Origin: Planctomycetota bacterium
Lineage (GTDB): Bacteria; Planctomycetota; E44-bin39
NCBI GenBank assembly: GCA_004376375.1
Contig: SOJX01000015.1
Span: 2,324-66,323 of the forward strand
Direction of reading: 5' to 3'
DNA: 64,000 nt
Part shown: positions 55,070 through 61,302 of the stretch, piece after piece
How positions within the stretch are numbered: the stretch's first letter is position 1
Layout of the letters: each line of letters begins with the position of its first letter
Program-made: the position numbers and the translations under genes
The notes under the pieces: generated by a model
Databases searched by the model: none
Told to the model about the DNA's origin: nothing
What the model saw: only the letters and a program-made list of their open reading frames with translations

Positions 55070-55895
55070 ACTTTACCTGAATGTAATCTATCCATTCATC
55101 ATTGGAAAGCCAGCTTGACAGCCATTCCCCGCCGGAAAGATATACATCCGCGCCGCGGAGCAATTGTGAGAAATCAGACCAGACCTTCGGCGCGGTCTTG
55201 TATAACAATTTTCCGTTCTTGTCCAGCAACCGGAAATAAAAACTTTTGGGAGTGCTCCAGAATTCAAGCGTTGCATAACTCTTAACGTCCATAGGGCGGC
55301 ACATTTCGTTCGCCGGCGGCTCAGAACTGGCCCACGCATCTGTTGTGAAGTTCCACCAACAGTGGCCGTCAAGATTGTCCATAAAAACCACATAAGTCCG
55401 TCCACCGCTGGGTTCCATATATGTGATAATGAACCCTTCTTCCAGGGTGCTGCCGCCAAGTATCCGTGGTTTCTGCGTCCCATTTATATAAAGTACTAAC
55501 GGATTGCATGCTATCCCGCCCGAAACAACATAATTATCCGTTTTTGTCCTGACCCTCGCCACAAACGGCCTGGAAAGGTCCAGCGGGACATCGTAATACC
55601 ATACATGCGCATCCGAAACTGAAGTGGTCTGGTCGAAAAACAGTTCACCGCCGTTGACGGAGTGGGACGCAGCCCCGTTTTCCACAATAACCAGCTTCGG
55701 ATCGATAGTCCCGTCGTCGAACGTCTCGAGGAAATCTCCTTTCTTTTTACCAGGGTTGAGCAGTTTTCCACGGTGCCGGTACAGGAAATAGGCCGCGATG
55801 ATTAGGCCGAACATTACAAGGATTATGGTCGTGGAAACAACGGCCAGGCGGAGCGAGGAGTCGGAACCGGTTGAACTGGAAATCTGCTCATTCAT
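55059..55895 (-). CDS. Tandem paralog C
   Basis: Same architecture (SHSVNGGELFFDQ, AHVWYYDVPLDLSRPFVARVRTKTDNYV, NDEWIDYIQVKYER). Confidence 0.75.
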   Translation of the reverse strand: MNEQISSSTGSDSSLRLAVVSTTIILVMFGLIIAAYFLYRHRGKLLNPGKKKGDFLETFDDGTIDPKLVIVENGAASHSVNGGELFFDQTTSVSDAHVWYYDVPLDLSRPFVARVRTKTDNYVVSGGIACNPLVLYINGTQKPRILGGSTLEEGFIITYMEPSGGRTYVVFMDNLDGHCWWNFTTDAWASSEPPANEMCRPMDVKSYATLEFWSTPKSFYFRLLDKNGKLLYKTAPKVWSDFSQLLRGADVYLSGGEWLSSWLSNDEWIDYIQVKYER

Positions 55896-55905
55896 ATCAC
55901 TAATA

Positions 55906-55991
55906 GGTTTCAGGTTTCAGGTTTCAGGTTTTAAGTTTCAGGTTGTATATTTCTTTATATTCCTGACACCTGACACCTAATACCTGACACC
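55906..55991. repeat. Word arrays (GGTTTCA)n and (CCTGACA)n, partly complementary to each other
   Basis: ggtttcaggtttcaggtttcaggttttaagtttcagg ... cctgacacctgacacctaatacctgacacc. Confidence 0.9.
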
Positions 55992-56026
55992 TTCTTCTAA
56001 TTAGACGCCTGCACTGTGGAAATTGT

Positions 56027-57103
56027 TCAATGCTCATAGTAGCTCTGGAAAATATAGTGGACTATCGCGTCTTCGTCCTGCGCTTTGAGGTCGGTGAACT
56101 GCACGTGGTTCTTGAGGATTGTCCGGCCGTCCGAGAGCTTTATCCTCTGCGACCTTCTCACGACGCCGTGAATGGTGAAATCCCTGTCTTTGCCGAGCGT
56201 GAATTTCAACCGGAGTTCGGTGCCGGGCTCCTGAAGCCGGTCGGCCGCCAGGGAGAGCCCTCCCGCCGATATGTCTATCAGTCGTCCTTCCTGCGCGGGC
56301 CCGTAGATGTTGTCGCCCGTCCTGAGTTCGAAATAGATGACCCCGTTCACGCGCCCGCGCACCGTTTCGCGCTTCTGCTGGCGCTTGATTTCCGGCGCAT
56401 GTGTAAGACGCAGCCTGTTCGGGGGGGATGCCTCCGTCACGCGGGCGTGGGCGGAATACATCGCGTCACCGGGTATATAGAATTCGAGGTCGATGAGCTT
56501 ACCCGTTTTGAAGGCGGGGTGGTTTATCAGGTTTTCCGGAATTTCCACCGCGAATTCCAGTTCGTCCACCAGCACGACGGTCGATTCGAGCGACCTGCGC
56601 TCGGCCCCGTCGGAAATTGTAATGCTGATGCGCTGGTCTTCGGCGAGGTCGTGCGTGCTGCGTATGCCGACGACTCGCGGCGGTTCGATAAAGCCGAGTT
56701 TCCTGCGGATATTCCGGTAGTAAGCGAAACGGGCCTTGTGCTTGAGTGTCTGGAGGGGCCGGCCCTCCACGGCTGCGACCTCCGCCTTCACCATGGAATC
56801 GAAGGTGGAATAATCCTCGAGGATCTTGACGGGCGGGTCGACGTTCCGCTTGCGGGCCAGGTCGGCAAGCAGCACCTGCTCCCCGCGCGAGAGCCGGCGC
56901 GCGGCCGCATTATCGAAGAATTCCTCCCATTCCACGTCGCGCTTCATAAGCGCCTGTTTTATTATGAGAATTATCATGTAAATCAGGAATGCAAGGGCGG
57001 CGCCTCCGAAAAGCACGACGAGAAATACCTCGAGGCCGCCGGGAGGACCGCCTTCGCCCTGCAGCGAGCGGAACAGCTCTGATATTCGCATAAGTACGGG
57101 CAT
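56027..57103 (-). CDS. Membrane-anchored PilZ-domain (c-di-GMP-binding) protein
   Basis: QQKRETVRGR (RxxxR) and DISAGGLSL (DxSxxG). TM VFLVVLFGGAALAFLIYMIILII. Start taken at ATG 57103, or possibly 57091. The track's 160-aa extension is rejected. Confidence 0.8.
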   Translation of the reverse strand: MPVLMRISELFRSLQGEGGPPGGLEVFLVVLFGGAALAFLIYMIILIIKQALMKRDVEWEEFFDNAAARRLSRGEQVLLADLARKRNVDPPVKILEDYSTFDSMVKAEVAAVEGRPLQTLKHKARFAYYRNIRRKLGFIEPPRVVGIRSTHDLAEDQRISITISDGAERRSLESTVVLVDELEFAVEIPENLINHPAFKTGKLIDLEFYIPGDAMYSAHARVTEASPPNRLRLTHAPEIKRQQKRETVRGRVNGVIYFELRTGDNIYGPAQEGRLIDISAGGLSLAADRLQEPGTELRLKFTLGKDRDFTIHGVVRRSQRIKLSDGRTILKNHVQFTDLKAQDEDAIVHYIFQSYYEH

Positions 57104-57271
57104 GTTCGTGTCGAAATCCCGATTCGGTAAAAACTTATCCCCTTCACCGTTTATCATACGGCTGCATGCGACACCTGTCAAGCGGCGAAAGCGCTCTTTC
57201 ACGAAAAAGCCTCTTGTGCGCATGACGTGAACTGGTATAATGCCCCCATCCACGGCGCACCCGGAGTCGTT

Positions 57272-58624
57272 ATGCGCAAGATCAAGCTGCTTCTTATTGT
57301 CCATGCGGTGGTGTTTTGCGGATGCTCCAGCACCCAAGAGTTCGTACGCACCGCCTCGTATTCGAATTCGCAGACCTGGTGCGGCCTTGAGGTCGCCTCG
57401 TTCGAGCTTTCCTCGCCGCGTTTCAGCACCCGGATCAGGCTCATTCCGATGTTCCATATTGCCGACCCTCATTTCTATGAAGCGGTTAAGCGTGAAGCCG
57501 ACGCGGCAGACCTGGTGCTTGTCGAAGGCATTTACGCGATGGGCAATGAATGGATCGAAAATGAAAAGCGCCGCATGGTCCAACTTCTGCGCCCGCTCTG
57601 GCTCGCACCCCAGATTACCGCGCTTGAGCCGGGCAGCAACGCCCGCGTGGTTGAAGGTGATGCCGAAGCACTCATGAAAACCCTGGGTAACGGCGGTTCA
57701 CTGCTTCCATCCGTGGAAAACCTTCTGCGCCGTTATCACTCCGAACGGATCGAAACGAACCGCAGGCGCGACCTTTCAAGGCCGGACTGGGACGGGTTGC
57801 CGACCGCGGAGTCGCGCGAAAGGGGCCATCCGAATCGGTCGCAGAAAGCCGAGTACGAAACGAGAGGGCAACTCGCCCGAACGGCAAAAGAAGCGGTTGT
57901 GTCGCTGGCCGGGAACCGCGATTTCGTCGACCGGCGAAATAACCTGCTGGTCGATGAAGTCGCGCGCGCGCTTGCCGGCGCCAAAGGGGCTTCACCGCCG
58001 GGGAAACTGGTAATCCTCTATGGGGCCGCTCATGCGCCGGGAATCCTTGAATGCCTCGCCAAACGGCTGGGTTATAAGCGGGACGGCAAGCCCGGGTGGA
58101 TGAACGTATGGGTTTATCGCCATAACCTGCGGGGAGGGCTCCTTCCCCACAAGGCGAAATTTTCACTGGAAATCAGACGTGATGCTCTGCTTGTGCTGCA
58201 TCGCAAGGAGCTCTGGCAGTGCTACTTTTCTGATGCCCGCGGCGGCGGCGTAAACGTCAGCGCGGTCTACTACCAGCTCCGGAAAGGCAAGTGGCGCAGA
58301 AGACAGATTACCGGCCCGGCCGAAGGGGAGTCGGGCGCCGACAGGGATGTACCCGTTACGTATGAAGCGCCTCTTCATTTCCTGCAGGGGAAGGATTCGC
58401 CGTTTACGCCGGTTATGTTTAAAAGCGTTGACACGACGTGCATCCTGTTCCATGCCGTGAAAAATAAAAAGGAGATCGCAATTCACCTCGACCCTGCGGA
58501 ATTGCCCGACGGCACGCCTCTTTCGGCCGAGTACGCGGTGTTTCCCGGAGGCGGTGTGCCGCCTATCCCGCCCCAGCCCGAGTTCCTCCTCGGACCGGAG
58601 TACGTTTTCTCCCGCAGACCGTAG
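57272..58624 (+). CDS. Lipoprotein, TraB/GumN-like N-terminal domain (tentative)
   Basis: ATG 57272 after GGAG, giving MRKIKLLLIVHAVVFCGC. IPMFHIADPHFY..ADLVLVEG and RRNNLL..KLVILYGAAHAPGI resemble the TraB/GumN family. Confidence 0.6.
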   Translation: MRKIKLLLIVHAVVFCGCSSTQEFVRTASYSNSQTWCGLEVASFELSSPRFSTRIRLIPMFHIADPHFYEAVKREADAADLVLVEGIYAMGNEWIENEKRRMVQLLRPLWLAPQITALEPGSNARVVEGDAEALMKTLGNGGSLLPSVENLLRRYHSERIETNRRRDLSRPDWDGLPTAESRERGHPNRSQKAEYETRGQLARTAKEAVVSLAGNRDFVDRRNNLLVDEVARALAGAKGASPPGKLVILYGAAHAPGILECLAKRLGYKRDGKPGWMNVWVYRHNLRGGLLPHKAKFSLEIRRDALLVLHRKELWQCYFSDARGGGVNVSAVYYQLRKGKWRRRQITGPAEGESGADRDVPVTYEAPLHFLQGKDSPFTPVMFKSVDTTCILFHAVKNKKEIAIHLDPAELPDGTPLSAEYAVFPGGGVPPIPPQPEFLLGPEYVFSRRP

Positions 58625-58702
58625 AATAAGGAAGTGCTGAAGTTAAGAAGTGCTGAAGTGCTGAAGTTAAGAAGTGCTGAAGTTGAGAACTTCTAATTAG
58701 CC

Positions 58703-58727
58703 GGCGAGTTTACTCGCCGCGTTTTTT
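58703..58727 (+). terminator. TTAGCCG-anchored hairpin GGCGAG-TTTA-CTCGCC + GCGTTTTTT
   Basis: Preceded by word array 58630-58690 (GAAGTGCTGAAGTTAAGAA). The T-run abuts the stop of the convergent gene. Confidence 0.7.
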
Positions 58728-59982
58728 ATTTATTATTAACGCACAGCAAGCTGCGCGCCTCAGTATTCTCAAGGAGGAAATCAACAATGTCGCGGGCCAT
58801 TGTCAAATTCCCGGCCTCATTTGTGTGCGCGTCAAATTTGTATCTCTCATGTTTGCGGCGAGTGGGAATACATGTGGCGCCCGCGTCTTCGACCGCTCGC
58901 TTCCACCTCCGTCGAAAATACATATAGTCAATTGCAATCTTCTCGCCTTTCCAGGTAACCCACTCGGAACCGTTCTCGTCACGGTAGAAGCGTTTCCAAC
59001 GGAGGTTCCATTCCCGTTCCCCTTCGTTGCCGGATACGGAGAGAACGAAAAACAACGCATTATGATTTTCCGCGACTTTTTTAGTTTCACGAATAAGAGC
59101 CGAGTACAGTTCCCAGGCCTTTGCAACCCATTCGGGCGCGTTTTCCGAATATAAATCGGGCATGAGAGGATATTTCTCACCCCAGTTCGGGACTGTTCCA
59201 TCCATTGCAGGTTGTTCTTCGCGCCCGAATGAGTAGAATATCGAACACAGGTTATAAACCAGAGCGCTCGAGAAAATCACACCCGCGATGCGGCTTTTCA
59301 ACGGATTGTAACGCCGAATAATGGTTTCAGGATCTACTTTCCGTTGGACCAGCTTGCCTTCTTTGAGAAAAAACGTAATTGGCTTCAACGCGCGGGCTTT
59401 GTTTCCAAACGGAACATCGTTGATGGGCATGTTTTCCGCCAGGTCGTTACTGCAGAACTGGCTTATGACAATATCGGGAGAGTATTGCACACCCTCATGC
59501 TTAAGCGCCAGAAGCTGTTGATCCGTTGCCCATCCCACAATACCCATAGATATGACCTCGACGTCATATCCGGCGCTCTGAAATAACCTTTCCATCTGGC
59601 GCGTGTACAGTTTTTCAAACTTGACGACCCCTTGTGTGAAAGAATCACCGATTACTAATATCCGGACGACTCCTTCCGGCTTTTTCCTGGAATGCTCGAC
59701 GTCGCACCACCCATGAGAGTTGTACCGGTAAGCAATGTGGTCGCCCCCATCGGGATTCCGCGTATACTCGGTGACGTTGGCCGGCCACTTCCACCCGTAG
59801 CGTGGTGAAAAACAAGCCTTGTTCAATATTTGCTCCCAGGGCGTCCGATAAATCGCGCCGAGCTTACGGCAGAGAATTTCTCCTGCTATTAATATAACCG
59901 CCAGGATAATCAATGACTTAAAAAGCATTTTCTTTTTCGGAGAAACGGACGCTTGTCTTTTTTGAGCTCCGGCTGTTTCCAT
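58726..59982 (-). CDS. SGNH/GDSL-type hydrolase with N-terminal TM anchor
   Basis: Block I RILVIGDSFTQG. N-terminal TM LFKSLIILAVILIAGEIL. Confidence 0.7.
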   Translation of the reverse strand: METAGAQKRQASVSPKKKMLFKSLIILAVILIAGEILCRKLGAIYRTPWEQILNKACFSPRYGWKWPANVTEYTRNPDGGDHIAYRYNSHGWCDVEHSRKKPEGVVRILVIGDSFTQGVVKFEKLYTRQMERLFQSAGYDVEVISMGIVGWATDQQLLALKHEGVQYSPDIVISQFCSNDLAENMPINDVPFGNKARALKPITFFLKEGKLVQRKVDPETIIRRYNPLKSRIAGVIFSSALVYNLCSIFYSFGREEQPAMDGTVPNWGEKYPLMPDLYSENAPEWVAKAWELYSALIRETKKVAENHNALFFVLSVSGNEGEREWNLRWKRFYRDENGSEWVTWKGEKIAIDYMYFRRRWKRAVEDAGATCIPTRRKHERYKFDAHTNEAGNLTMARDIVDFLLENTEARSLLCVNNK

Positions 59983-60090
59983 GGATGCAGCTTATCCCAA
60001 CCGGCAGGCAATCGCAATTATATTTGCCGCAAAAGAGTAATGCGTCGGTTGCAAGGGCACGGTGCGCCGTGCGCCGTGCTCGATTGGTAG

Positions 60091-60140
60091 AACAGACATT
60101 CCTGTCTGTTCATTTAATCGACAGACAAGAATGTCTGTCG
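60091..60140. repeat. Two CAGACA..TGTCTG hairpins
   Basis: AACAGACA-TTCC-TGTCTGTT at 60091-60110. CGACAGACA-AGAA-TGTCTGTCG at 60119-60140. Same core as 52372-52391. Confidence 0.85.
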
Positions 60141-60301
60141 TACCGGAATGGGCGAGTCGCGGCCTCGCTCCTGTGTTTTTGCAGGCGGGCGCGGGGAGTT
60201 GCGGGTACAACCTCGCGCCGCAGGCGCCGCCGCAGCTAAATATGATGTAAATAATGTTCTTTTAACTTTAAACTTTTAACTTATAACTTTAAACTTATAA
60301 C

Positions 60302-60331
60302 TTGACACCGGCACGTCCGCGAAACTATAAT
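60302..60331 (+). promoter_or_regulatory. Sigma70-like promoter: TTGACA, 18 nt, TATAAT
   Basis: TTGACA at 60302-60307 and TATAAT at 60326-60331. The -35 sits at the end of word array 60259-60301. Confidence 0.55.
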
Positions 60332-60449
60332 GTTCTTGTACGGAAGGATTTTTACTCAACTTGAAAAGGAGAACGGGTACGACGAAGGTTCAACACATCG
60401 TTTCCTGGCAATGCGGTGTGTTCAACCCTCGCCGGGCTCCGTCCGGAAA

Positions 60450-61163
60450 ATGCTTCCTGAAGAAAACCTGGCCGCGGTCCAGGAAATCCTGGGTTATAAG
60501 TTCAAGGACCTGTCTCTGCTCAGGATTGCACTGACCCACGCCTCGAGCAAGAACGAGAATCAGCCTTCAAACGAGCGGCTGGAGTTCCTCGGCGACGCCG
60601 TCCTCGGCGCCGTTGTCTCGGAATACCTCTACTCGAGCTACCCGGACGCCTCGGAGGGAGAGTTGACGCAGATAAAATCGGTCGTCGTTTCCGCGCCCGT
60701 GCTCGCGCAGGAGATTGCCGCCGTCGCGCTCGAGAAGTTCTTTTCCGTTGGCAAGGGCATGGCGAACCAGGAGACGCTCCCGATTTCGATTCTGGCGAAC
60801 CTCTTCGAGGCGATAGTGGCCGCGCTCTACCTCGACGGCGGCCTCGAGGTCGCAAGGCACTTCATACTCTCGCGAATGAAGCCGGAGATTGCAAAGGTGG
60901 AGAAGGACGAGCACAGGAAGAATTTCAAGTCCATCCTCCAGCATTACGCCCAGAGGGAGTTCAACCTCACGCCCACCTACCGGGTGGTGTCGGAAAGCGG
61001 GCCCGACCACCTGAAAACTTTCGAAGTGGTCGCGGTTATCGGCAACACGGAGTACGGACGCGCCGGGGGGCGGTCGAAAAAGGAAGCCGAGCAGGAAGCC
61101 GCCGCCAGCACTCTGGAAATGATCAAGTTCGCCACCCAGGATAGCGGAAAACGAAACAAATGA
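60450..61163 (+). CDS. rnc: Ribonuclease III
   Basis: NERLEFLGDAVLG signature and a C-terminal dsRBD (GPDHLKTFEV..GRSKKEAEQEAA). Start uncertain (60411 or 60450). Track start 60330 overlaps the -10 box. Confidence 0.9.
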   Translation: MLPEENLAAVQEILGYKFKDLSLLRIALTHASSKNENQPSNERLEFLGDAVLGAVVSEYLYSSYPDASEGELTQIKSVVVSAPVLAQEIAAVALEKFFSVGKGMANQETLPISILANLFEAIVAALYLDGGLEVARHFILSRMKPEIAKVEKDEHRKNFKSILQHYAQREFNLTPTYRVVSESGPDHLKTFEVVAVIGNTEYGRAGGRSKKEAEQEAAASTLEMIKFATQDSGKRNK

Positions 61164-61226
61164 TAAATATGAAGTGCTGGAGTGTTGAAGTGCTGAAGTG
61201 CTGAAGTTAAGAATTTCTAATTAGCC

Positions 61227-61252
61227 GGCGAGCTTGCTCGCCGCATTTTTTT
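61227..61252 (+). terminator. TTAGCCG-anchored hairpin GGCGAG-CTTG-CTCGCC + GCATTTTTTT
   Basis: Preceded by word array 61171-61213 (GAAGTGCTGAAG..GTTAAGAA). Confidence 0.7.
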
Positions 61253-61302
61253 CTTCTTTATTTCATAATTCAGAATTCATAATTCAGAATTCAGGGTTTC
61301 GG

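Noticed and set aside
59985-60250. Small ORFs 59985-60239, 59992-60210 and 60062-60250.
   Set aside because: They lie in a spacer made of CAGACA hairpins and GC-rich palindromes. There is no RBS and no motif.
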